A stretch of 64,000 nt of DNA from an uncultured Alphaproteobacteria bacterium (lineage in GTDB: Bacteria > Pseudomonadota > Alphaproteobacteria > Rhizobiales > Xanthobacteraceae). The translations under genes were made by a program, and so were the position numbers. The notes under the pieces were generated by a model that was not told where the DNA came from, did no database searches, and saw only the letters and a list, made by a program, of their open reading frames with translations. The stretch lies in the NCBI GenBank assembly GCA_963831585.1, contig CAWHRA010000039.1, positions 831 to 64,830 on the forward strand. The letters are read 5' to 3'. Numbering within the stretch: position 1 is the stretch's first letter; each line of letters begins with the position of its first letter. This document shows, in pieces, positions 1 through 9,393 of the stretch.

Positions 1-838
1 TGCCGAGGGGCAGATCATTGCGGCCATCGATCCCACCGCCCTTGAGCTCGCGGTGCGGTCAGCGAAGGCGGATCTTTCGAAAGCCGAGGCCCTGCTTGAA
101 AACGCAATCGGACGAGGAGCGGAAACGGATCCTGATCAAGACCGACGCCACGACGAAGCAGACGCTTGATGATGCAGAGCAGATACGCGCCGGCGCACAA
201 TCATCAACCGCTCGCGCCCGCGCGAACTTGGCCAAGGCGATCGAGCAGCTGGGTTATGCCCAAGTCAAGGCCGACTTCGCGGGCGTCGTCACCTGCCGCG
301 AGCGCCGAGGTGGGACAAGTCGTGTCGCCCGGGCAGAACGTCGTGACCGTGGCGCGACTGGACGCCAGGGAGGCCGTGGTTGATCTCGGCCCGGATTTCC
401 CCGTGCCCCTGACCGCCGGCTTGGAGTTCACCGTCAGCCCGCAGTTGCTTCCTGCCGTTCAAGTCCAGGGACAAATTCGCGAATTAGCGCCGCAAGCCGA
501 TCAAATGACGCGCATGCGCCGCGTTCGTATCGCCTTGAATGATCCGCCTGAGAGCTTCCGGTTCGGAAGCACCATCACAGCGAGACTAATCAATCGTCCC
601 GACCCAGTTCTCCGCGTGCCCGCCTCCGCAGTCCTCAAAGAAGGCGCCGAGACTTTGGTCTGGGTCATTGACGCTCCCACGAGCACGGTTTCGCTGCACA
701 AGGTCGACCTTTCCGAGGACGAAGAGAGGCATCCGGGTTGCCGGCGGTCTCGCCGCTGGAGCGCACATCGTGACTGCTGGAATCCATAGCCTAAAACAAG
801 GACAGCAGATCCGCATCGAACAGGACGCCACGCCATGA
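1..838 (+). pseudogene. RND efflux periplasmic adaptor (membrane-fusion protein, HlyD/AcrA family), 5' end outside window, frameshifted
   Basis: Adaptor-like sequence (QVKADFAGVVT, VGQVVSPGQNVVTVARLD, VLRVPASAVLKEGAETLVWVI, AGIHSLKQGQQIRIE) is only readable by changing frame near ~108, ~293 and ~728. The TGA at 836-838 overlaps the ATG of the pump gene (ATGA). Confidence 0.75.
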
Positions 839-3800
839 AAACCTTCAACCTTTCCGACTGGGCCCTCCGGCATCGTTCGCTCGTCTGGTATTTCATGATT
901 GCCTTCATGGCGGCGGGTCTCTTCGCATACCTGCAACTGGGGCGGCAGGAAGGTCCCTGATTTCACCATCAAGACCATGGTGATCGGGGCACAATGGCCC
1001 GGCGCTTCGCCAGAGGAAATGACGCGCCAGGTCACCGACAGGATCGAGAAGAAGCTCGAAGAACTGGAATCGCTCGACTATACCAAGAGCGTCACTGTTG
1101 CGGGCCAAACCACCGTTTTCGTCTATCTGCGCGACACAACGAAGGCTGTCGACGTCGCCTCGACCTGGGCGCGTGTGCGCAACATGATCGCCGACATCAA
1201 GGGCGATTTCCCGCAAGGCGTGATCGGGCCGGGCTTCAACGACCGCTTCGGCGATGTCTTCGGCAACATTTACGCATTCACCAGCGACGGCCTGAGCCAG
1301 CGGCAATTGCGTGATCGTGTCGAAGACATTCGCGCAAAGTCTGGACCGTCCCGAATGTCGGCAAGGTCGATATCCTCGGCGCGCAGGACGAGATGATTTT
1401 TCTGGAATTTTTCGACCCGGAAGATCGCGGCCCTCGGACTCGACACTCGTTCCATCGTCTCCTCGTGCAGGCGCAAAACGCCGTCGCGCCGTCGGCGATT
1501 CCAGGAGGGGCCGGAGCGCATCAGCGTGCGGGTCAACGGTCAGTTCGCATCTGAGGAAAGCCTGAAGGCGATCAATCTCAGGGTCAACGACCGGTTCTTC
1601 CCGCTGACAGATGTGGCAACCATCACGCGCGGCTACGCCGATCCACCGACGACGCTGATTCGCTTCAACGGCGAGCCCGCCGTCGCACTCGCGATCGGGA
1701 TGAAGTCGGGCGCGAACTTGCTGAAATTCGGCGAGGCGCTGAAAGAGGAAATGTCGAAATACCTGGCCGAGCAACCGATCGGCCTGGGAGTTCATCTCGT
1801 CGCCGACCAGCCCGTTGTCGTCGAGCACGCCGTGTCCGGCTTCACGGAGGCTCTGTTCGAAGCGGTGGTCATCGTGCTTGGGATCAGCTTCTTGAGCCTT
1901 GGCCTTCGCGCCGGCCTCGTCGTCGCGATCGCGATCCCCCTGGTTCTGGCGATCACATTCGTGGTGATGGCATACGCTGGAATATCGCTGCAGCGCATTT
2001 CGCTCGGTGCCCTGATCATTGCTCTTGGCCTTCTGGTTGACGACGCCATGATCGCCGTTGAAATGATGGTGGCGCGACTGGAAGTCGGCGATCCCCTGGA
2101 GAAGGCTGCAACGCACGTTTACACCTCCACGGCGTTTCCGATGCTGACGGGAACCCTGGTCACCGTAGCGGGCTTCATCCCGATCGGCCTCAACACTAGC
2201 GATGCCGGTGATTTCACCTACACCTTGTTCGTGGTCATTGCTGTCTCATTGCTCGTGTCATGGATAGTCGCAGTCCTGTTCACGCCGTTGCTTGGCGTCA
2301 CGGACCTCCTACCGGCCAGGATCAACGGAATGATGAATCCAAAGGCCGGGTTGGGCAGACGTTCGGCCGCCTGCTTCTGGTTTGCATGCGTCATCGCTGG
2401 ATCACCGTCGGGGTGACGGTTGCAGCCTTCGCGCTCTCTCTGTTCGGCATGAGGTTCGTGCAGCAGCAGTTCTTTCCTTCATCGGACCGCGCCGAATTGG
2501 TCATTGACTGGAACCTGCCTCAAAACGCCTCGATTACCGAGACCAATGCGCAGATTGCTCGCTTCGAGCGTGAACAGTTGGAGGGCGATCCCGGCGTCGA
2601 TCATTGGTCGACCTATGTGGGAACCGGCGCTCCACGCTTTGTGCTGTCATTCGATGTGCAGACGGCGAATACCTGGTTTGGCCAGATGGTCGTGGTCACC
2701 AAGGGTGGCATTGTCGCGCGTGATCAAGTCAAGGCGCAATTCGAAACCTATCTGAGAAAGACCTTTCCGGGCACCGATACCTTCGTCAAACTGCTTGAAG
2801 TCGGACCTCCGGTCGGGCGTCCCGTGCAGTACCGCCTGAGCGGACCCGATATCGCCAAGGTAAGGGAGTTTTCGCAAAACCTCGCCGCCATCGTACGTGC
2901 CAATCCGCACCTTGATCACGTCGTGTTCGACTGGATGGAGCCGGCGCGCGTCGTCAAGGTCGATGTCCTGCAGGACAAGGCGCGCCAGCTTGGCGTGAGC
3001 TCGGAGGACATCGCGACAACGTTAAACGGCGTCCTTGCGCGGCTCCTCTTATCACCCAGGTGCGCGACAGCATTTACCTGGTGAATGTGACGGGACGCGC
3101 GACCGCACCGGAGCGCGCATCGATCGATACGCTGCGCGACCTGCAATTGACCGGGCTTGGTGGCCAGTCGGTGCCTCTCGGAGCGGTCGCCACTCTGCAC
3201 TATGAAATCGAGCAGCCGACAATCTGGCGCCGATCGCGGATCCCCACGATCACGCTAAAGGCAAGCGTTCTCGACAGCGCGCAGCCGAAGACCGTCGTGG
3301 ATCAACTCGCGCCGAAGGTGGACGAGTTCGCAACCGGATTACCGGCTGGGTATTCGGTGGCGATCGGAGGCTCCGTCGAGGAGAGCGCCAAGAGCCAGGC
3401 CCCGATCGCGGCGGTCGTTCCGCTCATGCTTTTCATCATGGCCACGATCCTGATGATTCAGCTGCAGAGCTTCCACCGCCTGTTTCTGGTCTTTGCGGTG
3501 GCGCCACTAGCCTTGATCGGCGTTGTCATGGCCTTGCTGCCAAGCGGAGCGCCTCTCGGCTTCGTCGCGATCCTGGGTGTGCTGGCGCTGATCGGGATAC
3601 TGATCCGCAACTCAGTGATCCTGATCGTGCAGATCGAAGATCTGAGGAAAGCGGGACGGCCCGCCTGGGACGCGGTCGTGGAAGCAACCGAGCACCGCAT
3701 GCGGCCGATCATGCTGACGGCAGCCGCCGCAAGTCTGGCGCTCATCCCGATCGCGCGCGAGATCTTCTGGGGACCGATGGCCTACGCGATGATGGGCGGC

Positions 3801-3977
3801 ATCATCGTAGGCACGGTGCTGACGCTGTTGTTTTTGCCGGCGCTCTATGTGGCGTGGTTCCGGATCAAGGAGACGGAGCCCGCAACGGATAGCACTCACG
3901 AAAATCCGCTTGCCCCCGAAATGCAAACTGTCTCTTCAACTGATGCGCCCCCTCGGCGCGAACTGGAAAATGCATAG
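835..3977 (+). pseudogene. RND inner-membrane efflux pump (AcrB/HAE-type), multiply frameshifted
   Basis: Pump sequence is spread over track ORFs 899-1396, 1526-2416, 2260-3084 and 3060-3977 plus short stretches in other frames. Frame changes lie near ~955, ~1338, ~1408 (T5 run), ~1462, ~1495, ~2340 and ~3040. Typical RND transmembrane and porter segments are present throughout. Confidence 0.85.
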
Positions 3978-3985
3978 GAGCTAAT

Positions 3986-4192
3986 ATGAAGCAAATTCTC
4001 AGCCTCTTTATGTTTGGAATCGGAGCTTTGCTCTTCCTTGCCTTCTTCGCCACCCTCAAGCCGACTGACGTCACTGCGGCTTCGGGGTCAAGCGAATCCG
4101 GCCAGTGCAGCACGAAAGCCCCGCCTACGCTCGCCTGCCGATCACTGATACTTGCCGCAGCGTTGTTGCCTGAGGTCGTGCAGCCAAAGTGA
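3986..4192 (+). CDS. small hypothetical membrane protein
   Basis: AGGAG lies 7 nt upstream of the ATG. N-terminal hydrophobic helix (ILSLFMFGIGALLFLAFFA). Sits in an A/T-richer stretch. No family recognised. Confidence 0.35.
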   Translation: MKQILSLFMFGIGALLFLAFFATLKPTDVTAASGSSESGQCSTKAPPTLACRSLILAAALLPEVVQPK

Positions 4193-4326
4193 CCAGCGCG
4201 GCCCAGAATCGTGCGCCAGATTCCTCCACGAATGCAAAGTGCCGTACGGCGAAGCTACTTCCCTACAGTCCGTTCCTCAAACCCAACGCTCATCTTATGA
4301 ATCTAACAAGCCGTGCAGGTGGTGTG

Positions 4327-4941
4327 ATGCAGAAGAAACTAGCGTTCATCGGAGTCCTCCTGCTGTCCCTCGCGCTTGTCCCTCGCACCGCCATGGCTGA
4401 ACTCAACGATGGATCGTTGAGTTCCACTGGCCAAAGCACGCCAGTTCATCAGGAGGAGAACACGGATTCGGATCAGCGCTTCCTTGCTGCATTCCGTGCT
4501 GCGCACCTCCCGCTTCTCGAGGCGATCGCCATTGCCGAACGATTGCATGTGGGGTCTCGGACCGTCGGCATATCGTTCGATGCATTGGACAATCCCTCTT
4601 ATCGGGTGAGGACGGTGAAAGACAAAAAGATGTGGGAAAACGTCATCGATGTTCGTACGGGGCGGACCGCCGGCCCCGAGATCGTGCGGTCCCTGAACGA
4701 GCTTGAATTGGAAGAACGGGACAACATCAATGCATTGGGATCGGTCAAACAGGAGCTATCGGACGCCGTGGCGATCGCTGAGAAAGCCGCAGCTGGAAAG
4801 GCCATCAGCGGAGGTCTGGTTAAGGAAGGTGATCAGCTCAATTTCGTGGTCGTCGTCCTAAGCGATGACAACGTGAAGGAGGTCTTCCTCGAACCGCCAC
4901 GCGCCACCTTTAATGGTAGGCCGGCCACTTCTCGCAGGTAA
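4327..4941 (+). CDS. secreted PepSY-domain protein
   Basis: AGGTGG RBS before the ATG at 4327. Signal peptide MQKKLAFIGVLLLSLALVPRTAMA. Two PepSY-like repeats (LLEAIAIAERLHVG...VRTV and LSDAVAIAEKAAAGKAISG...VVVL). Confidence 0.7.
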   Translation: MQKKLAFIGVLLLSLALVPRTAMAELNDGSLSSTGQSTPVHQEENTDSDQRFLAAFRAAHLPLLEAIAIAERLHVGSRTVGISFDALDNPSYRVRTVKDKKMWENVIDVRTGRTAGPEIVRSLNELELEERDNINALGSVKQELSDAVAIAEKAAAGKAISGGLVKEGDQLNFVVVVLSDDNVKEVFLEPPRATFNGRPATSRR

Positions 4942-5347
4942 CGGGGTAGCGCTACCAACCACCAACGATGGGGGCAGTATCGAGGGCCGCTTTTTTGCGC
5001 GTCCTATTAGCCCTTCTAGAGTTGCCGCTGCTGCTTAGGCTAGGCAATTTGCGGGACCAACACGTGCGCCAAAGTGCTTCGACGAGAACGCGTGGCGCCC
5101 ACTGATGAGAGTGCGAGCCCGCCGATTTCTACGCTGGGCTACGCCACTGCCCTCTCGTGAGCAAACAGCGGTTTTCCTTCGCTGGGCGTTGGTTCACAAA
5201 ATGCTGCGACGACCACAAGAGCAAACGCTCGACCACGAGATCAAACATGGAGGATTAGCGGAAGTGCATTCTAACATTTGGCTGCGGGTAACAACGTGGG
5301 AGTAAAAGGATCGCGAAAACATTTTTCGCATCAATGACTTATGCCCT

Positions 5348-5432
5348 TGGTGCGCTCGGAGGGACTCGAACCCCCACGATTTTACTCACTGCCACCTCAA
5401 GGCAGCGCGTCTACCAATTCCGCCACGAGCGC
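5348..5432 (-). tRNA. tRNA-Leu (anticodon GAG), type II with long variable arm, CCA encoded
   Basis: Reverse complement GCGCTCGTGGCGGAATTGGTAGACGCGCTGCCTTGAGGTGGCAGTGAGTAAAATCGTGGGGGTTCGAGTCCCTCCGAGCGCACCA folds as a cloverleaf. The anticodon loop is TTGAGGT. Confidence 0.95.
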
Positions 5433-5555
5433 TTGGGAGACCGGCACCGGCATAGCGCCGGACCGGGTCAACGGCGCGGGATGTAACAAATCAGGGATGG
5501 GGGGACAAGGGCTGCCAGTGCAGCCGATCCGGCGAAGTTGGGATCCGATTTCGGC

Positions 5556-5798
5556 CTACCGGCTGCCCGGCGATTTCGGCAGCATTTGCTTGACTTCGAC
5601 GGCGATGCGGTTGCGATCGACCAGCACCACGCCACTGGCGACCGGCAGGTTGTTGGCGAGGATTTTGACCTCGTCCGCCTCGGTGGCGTCCAGTTCGATG
5701 ATGGCGCCGCGGCTGAGCCGCATTACCTGATGGATGGGCATCGTGGTAGTGCCGAGGACCACCATGAGATCGACGCTGACTTTATCGAGGGTTGGCAC
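5556..5798 (-). CDS. FliN/SpoA-domain (flagellar motor switch / T3SS C-ring like) small protein
   Basis: 80 aa with a GTG start. VDLMVVLGTTTMPIHQVMRLSRGAIIELD...VKILANNLPVASGVVLVDRNRIAVEV matches the FliN C-terminal (SpoA) pattern. Confidence 0.65.
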   Translation of the reverse strand: MPTLDKVSVDLMVVLGTTTMPIHQVMRLSRGAIIELDATEADEVKILANNLPVASGVVLVDRNRIAVEVKQMLPKSPGSR

Positions 5799-5868
5799 TG
5801 GGCGGGCGACCTGAACTGACGGATATGCAAAATTGCCTGCCGCGAGATCACCACGTTATGGTTAGCCA

Positions 5869-6597
5869 ATGGTTAATAGCCGCCAAACCCTGGATTTAGC
5901 GCCGTTCACCGGCCCCGTCGGCGGCCGTGCAGTGGAATGGCGGATATCGGACGCCGCGGTGCCCTACCCCGAGGCAGTCGCGGCCATGGAAGCCCGCGCC
6001 GCCGATATCGCGGCCCACCGGGCGGGCGAACTGGTCTGGCTGCTGGAACACCCCCCGCTCTACACCTCCGGCACCAGCGGCAAGGCGGCCGACCTGCTCG
6101 ACCCGCGCTTTCCGATGTTTGCCACCGGGCGCGGCGGGCAGATCACCTATCACGGCCCCGGCCAGCGGGTGGCCTATGTCATGCTCGACCTGAGGCTGAG
6201 ACGGCCGGACGTCCGGGCCTATGTGGCGGGTCTCGAGGAATGGATCATCCGGACGCTCGCAGCCTTCAACGTGCGCGGCGAGCGGCGCGAGGATCGCGTC
6301 GGCGTCTGGGTGAGTCGCCCGGACAAGGGCGAGGGTTTCGAGGACAAGATCGCCGCCATTGGCGTGCGATTAAGGCGCTGGGTGTCGTTCCACGGCATCT
6401 CCATCAACGTGGAGCCTGACCTGAGCCATTTCGACGCCATCGTTCCCTGCGGAGTGGCGGATCCGCGTTACGGCGTCACGAGCCTGGTCGATCTCGGCCA
6501 CCCCGTGAGCATGGCCGACGTCGATATCGCGCTCCGGCAGACATTCCAGCAAGTTTTCGGCGCGGCCGAACCGCGGCTGCCGGAAGCGACCGTCTGA
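5869..6597 (+). CDS. lipB: octanoyltransferase (lipoyl(octanoyl) transferase)
   Basis: [37 protein letters not shown] and [22 protein letters not shown] are hallmark LipB segments. Confidence 0.9.
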   Translation: MVNSRQTLDLAPFTGPVGGRAVEWRISDAAVPYPEAVAAMEARAADIAAHRAGELVWLLEHPPLYTSGTSGKAADLLDPRFPMFATGRGGQITYHGPGQRVAYVMLDLRLRRPDVRAYVAGLEEWIIRTLAAFNVRGERREDRVGVWVSRPDKGEGFEDKIAAIGVRLRRWVSFHGISINVEPDLSHFDAIVPCGVADPRYGVTSLVDLGHPVSMADVDIALRQTFQQVFGAAEPRLPEATV

Positions 6598-6702
6598 CGG
6601 CGGAACGCGATCCCCGCGTTGAGTAAGCGGGGCTTGCGGCAGGCGAAGCCAGGTATCCGGGTTCCTGCAAGCGCGCCCGCCGTAAGTAACGATCGCTTCG
6701 CT

Positions 6703-7131
6703 TCACGCCGCTGTGCGCTGCGGCGCGACGTCGAGTTGCCCCGCGATGTAGCGACGCTCCTGCGTCAGCCCGCCAAAGCCATAGGCATCGCCGCGGACTT
6801 CGTCGACGTGGATGTAGCTCTCGTGGTGCAGCGGCCCCAGCAGCTCGCCCATGCGCTTGAACATCGCGGCGAGGTAGTCCGCCTTTTCATCCTTGGTGTT
6901 GGTGCCTTCGGAGACGTGAACGTCGAGCCAGAAGCTCGCAAGCTTCTGTTCGGCGAGCGAGCGGCCGCCGGCGAACCAGTCCGCCGCGTCGACCGACCGC
7001 ACGATGATCGCGGTAACCTTTGGATCCTTGTGCAGGATTTTCGCGGTGAGCTCGCTGACCGCGGCGGCGACGTCGGCTTTCAGCGATGGCGAATGGCGTG
7101 AACTCGAATAGGTGATGGTGATGAGCGGCAT
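6703..7131 (-). CDS. tautomerase-superfamily protein (4-OT-like, long form)
   Basis: Starts MP (Pro-1) after a GGAGAA RBS at 7131. Beta-alpha-beta-like MPLITITYSS...AAAVSELTAKILHKDPKVTAIIV. Divergent from a LysR regulator. Confidence 0.6.
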   Translation of the reverse strand: MPLITITYSSSRHSPSLKADVAAAVSELTAKILHKDPKVTAIIVRSVDAADWFAGGRSLAEQKLASFWLDVHVSEGTNTKDEKADYLAAMFKRMGELLGPLHHESYIHVDEVRGDAYGFGGLTQERRYIAGQLDVAPQRTAA

Positions 7132-7235
7132 GATCGTTCTCCTTGGCCTTGCGCGCTTCAGGCGCGCCACGGCAAGCTAGACCTGCCGTCATCATTTTGG
7201 TACCTTATCTATCGATATAACAATGATAACGATAT

Positions 7236-8093
7236 TTGATGATGGCGATGCTCGACATTTCCACGGTGCAGGCCTTCCTGCTGGTGGCCGAACTTCAGAA
7301 TTTCACCCGCGCCGCGGAAGCGCTCGGCACCACGCAGGCGGCGGTCAGCATGAAGCTACAACGGCTGGAAGCCACGCTCGGCAAGCGGCTGGTCGAACGC
7401 TCGCCGCGCGCGGTGCGGCTGACCGCCGAGGGTGCGGGCTTTCTCGATCATGCGCGCGCGCTGATGGCGGCGCACGACCGAGCGCTGTCGGGCGAGCGCG
7501 TGGCGCGGCCGCAATTGTCGCTCGGCATCAGCGATCATGCCGCCGGCCCCGAACTGGTGCCGCTGTTGGCGAGGCTCCATGCGGTGTCGCCGCAGTTGGC
7601 GCTGTCGGTCGCCATCGGTTTTTCGCGCCAGCTCCTCGAGGCCTACGATGCCGGCGAACTCGACGCGGTGATCGTGCGGCAGGAAGGCAGCCGGCGCGGC
7701 GGCGAGAAAGTGGCCGAGGATGAGTTCGGCTGGTTCGCCTCGCCTTCCCTGCGATGGCGCCGCGGCGAGCGCTTGCCGCTGGCGACCTCGGCGCCGCCCT
7801 GCGGGGTGCGCGCGCTCGCCATTCGCGCCCTCGACAAGTCCGGCATCGCATGGAACGAGGCCTTCGTCGGCGGCGGCGTGGCTGCGGTGGCCGCAGCCGC
7901 CCTCGCCGGCCTTGCGGTCGCGCCATTGGCACGCCGGGTGGCGCCGGCGGGCATGGTCGACATCGGCCCCGCGCGGGGATTGCCCGGGCTCGGCTCGTCG
8001 AAGGTGATGCTGCATTCAAAGGTCAGCGACGCCGGCAAGCTCGCCGCGCTGCGAACGCTAGCGGCGACGTTCCGCAGCGCCGTGGCCGGATAA
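7236..8093 (+). CDS. LysR-family transcriptional regulator
   Basis: N-terminal wHTH (LDISTVQAFLLVAELQNFTRAAEALGTTQAAVSMKLQRLE) plus a LysR substrate-binding region. The true start may be the ATG at 7239-7248. An A/T-rich palindromic tract (TTATCTATCGATATAACAATGATAA, 7205-7229) lies just upstream. Confidence 0.85.
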   Translation: MMMAMLDISTVQAFLLVAELQNFTRAAEALGTTQAAVSMKLQRLEATLGKRLVERSPRAVRLTAEGAGFLDHARALMAAHDRALSGERVARPQLSLGISDHAAGPELVPLLARLHAVSPQLALSVAIGFSRQLLEAYDAGELDAVIVRQEGSRRGGEKVAEDEFGWFASPSLRWRRGERLPLATSAPPCGVRALAIRALDKSGIAWNEAFVGGGVAAVAAAALAGLAVAPLARRVAPAGMVDIGPARGLPGLGSSKVMLHSKVSDAGKLAALRTLAATFRSAVAG

Positions 8094-8114
8094 CGAGACC
8101 CCCGACTTCGGGCA

Positions 8115-8501
8115 TCAGGCGGTCTGGAATATCACGCAGTCTGAGGCAGGCCCGCCCGCGCAGGAGGCGTCGCATTCGCTCACCAGCGACGCGATCGCGG
8201 TTTCCAGCGCCTTGAGTTCGGCGAGCTTGCGACGCACGCCGGCAAGGTGCCCGGCGGCGACCTTGCGTGCTTCGTTGCAGGATCTTTCGCCGTGCATCAG
8301 CGCTAAAAGCGAGCGCACTTCCTCGATCGAGTAGTCAAAGTCGCGACAGCGCCTGACGAAGGCGAGCCGCCGGACGTCTTCATGGTCGTAGATTCGCTGA
8401 CCGCCGCTCCGTGCCGGGCGACGCAACAGCCCGATCTGCTCGTAATAGCGAATGGTCGGGACACTCGTGCCGGTCCGCTTGGCCAGGACTTCGATGCGCA
8501 A
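8115..8501 (-). CDS. MerR-family metal-responsive transcriptional regulator
   Basis: RTGTSVPTIRYYEQIGLL HTH (TTG start). A Cys sits at the start of the dimerisation helix (GERSCNEARK). C-terminal Cys cluster CDASCAGGPASDC. Confidence 0.85.
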   Translation of the reverse strand: MRIEVLAKRTGTSVPTIRYYEQIGLLRRPARSGGQRIYDHEDVRRLAFVRRCRDFDYSIEEVRSLLALMHGERSCNEARKVAAGHLAGVRRKLAELKALETAIASLVSECDASCAGGPASDCVIFQTA

Positions 8502-8524
8502 CGTCGCCTCCCCGATTTTCCTGC

Positions 8525-8555
8525 TTGAACCTCAAGCGGCTTGAGGGGGTATCGG
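8525..8555 (+). promoter_or_regulatory. MerR-type promoter/operator: TTGAAC - 19 bp spacer - TATCGG with embedded inverted repeat
   Basis: -35 TTGAAC (8525-8530), a 19-nt spacer, and -10 TATCGG (8550-8555). A perfect inverted repeat CCTCAAG-CGG-CTTGAGG (8530-8546) lies inside the spacer. The site sits between divergent merR-like and membrane-protein genes. Confidence 0.6.
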
Positions 8556-8566
8556 TCGGGACATCG

Positions 8567-9055
8567 ATGAACAACCCGACGGAGAATCACATGCGTGTTA
8601 TCCAGCCATCCTGCACCCTGCCTTCCCTGACTTCGCCGGGATGCGGCTGCGCCCCCCGCCAGAAGGCAGCCGGCGGCAAGGCGGCGAGCGCCGCGGCCGC
8701 GACCGCGGGTGCCGCGGCCTTGACCGCGCTGGCGGCGGCGGCATGCACGGCCTGCTGCGTTTTGCCGTTCACCCTGCCTGCGGTTATCCTCGCCGGCGCC
8801 GGCGGATTCATCGCGGTGCTGGATCACGCGCATGGCTGGGTCACCCGGCTGGCCGTCCTCGTCGTGATCTGTGCCTGGCTGTGGATCGGGTGGCAGGTCA
8901 GGAAGACCAAGCGAAGAGCCTCGCGCTTGACCGTCGTCATGATGGTCGTCGCAACGCTGTTGACAGCGGCCGCGTCATCCTGGCCGGTGCTTGAGCCCAT
9001 CGCCTTCCATGCGCTCGGCATCGCAAAGAAACGCGCGATCCCACATAACGAGTGA
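8567..9055 (+). CDS. membrane protein with MerT/MerF-like CC motif (putative metal uptake/handling)
   Basis: ATG at 8567 (alternative 8591). N-terminal GCGC, then a transmembrane segment with CTACCVLPF, followed by further transmembrane segments. Divergent from the MerR gene. Confidence 0.55.
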   Translation: MNNPTENHMRVIQPSCTLPSLTSPGCGCAPRQKAAGGKAASAAAATAGAAALTALAAAACTACCVLPFTLPAVILAGAGGFIAVLDHAHGWVTRLAVLVVICAWLWIGWQVRKTKRRASRLTVVMMVVATLLTAAASSWPVLEPIAFHALGIAKKRAIPHNE

Positions 9056-9058
9056 CCA

Positions 9059-9289
9059 ATGGATGGACTTGCGCTGTTCGGTCTCTTCGCCGTGACCGCG
9101 ATGCTGGTGTCGTATGCGCTGGAGGCAAGAAGCCACTGGTACATTCTGGCGTTCGCCGCGGCCTGCAGCCTCGGTTCGATCTACGGCTTCCTGCAGGGCG
9201 CGTGGCCGTTCGGCGTGGTCGAAGCGATCTGGGCGCTGGTGGCGCTGCGGAGATGGATGCGTGTGAGAACACTCGCCCGTCTCGGATAA
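9059..9289 (+). CDS. small integral membrane protein
   Basis: 76 aa with 2-3 hydrophobic helices. Starts 4 nt after the previous stop, so probably co-transcribed. Confidence 0.5.
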   Translation: MDGLALFGLFAVTAMLVSYALEARSHWYILAFAAACSLGSIYGFLQGAWPFGVVEAIWALVALRRWMRVRTLARLG

Positions 9290-9393
9290 GGCGGCCGACG
9301 TCCGCTTTCGTGCATATTCCGGACTTGTGTCGGATATCGCGTGACGTCCGGCGATTGCCATGAAGCAACATTGGCCCTCCGTCTCGCGGGCTT

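Noticed and set aside
905-2116. Long antisense or alternative-frame ORFs in the track. Examples: 905-2116(-), 10837-12411(+), 12460-13806(+), 14873-16300(-), 22103-23365(-), 46158-48245(+), 54896-56455(-), 56095-57801(+), 61291-62196(-).
   Set aside because: They overlap genes with clear family signatures on the other strand or frame. Their translations are Arg/Ala/Pro/Gly-rich with no domain-like motifs. This is the usual stop-codon-poor shadow-frame artefact of high-GC DNA.
5093-5152. tRNA-like fragment (TGGCGCCCACTGATGAG...CTACGCCACTGCCC) 255 nt from tRNA-Leu. It might be a duplicated att half-site or a pseudo-tRNA.
   Set aside because: Only about half the positions match the tRNA-Leu 3' part, and an indel is needed. 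It does not fold into acceptor/T arms, and the enclosed segment is too short to be an island.
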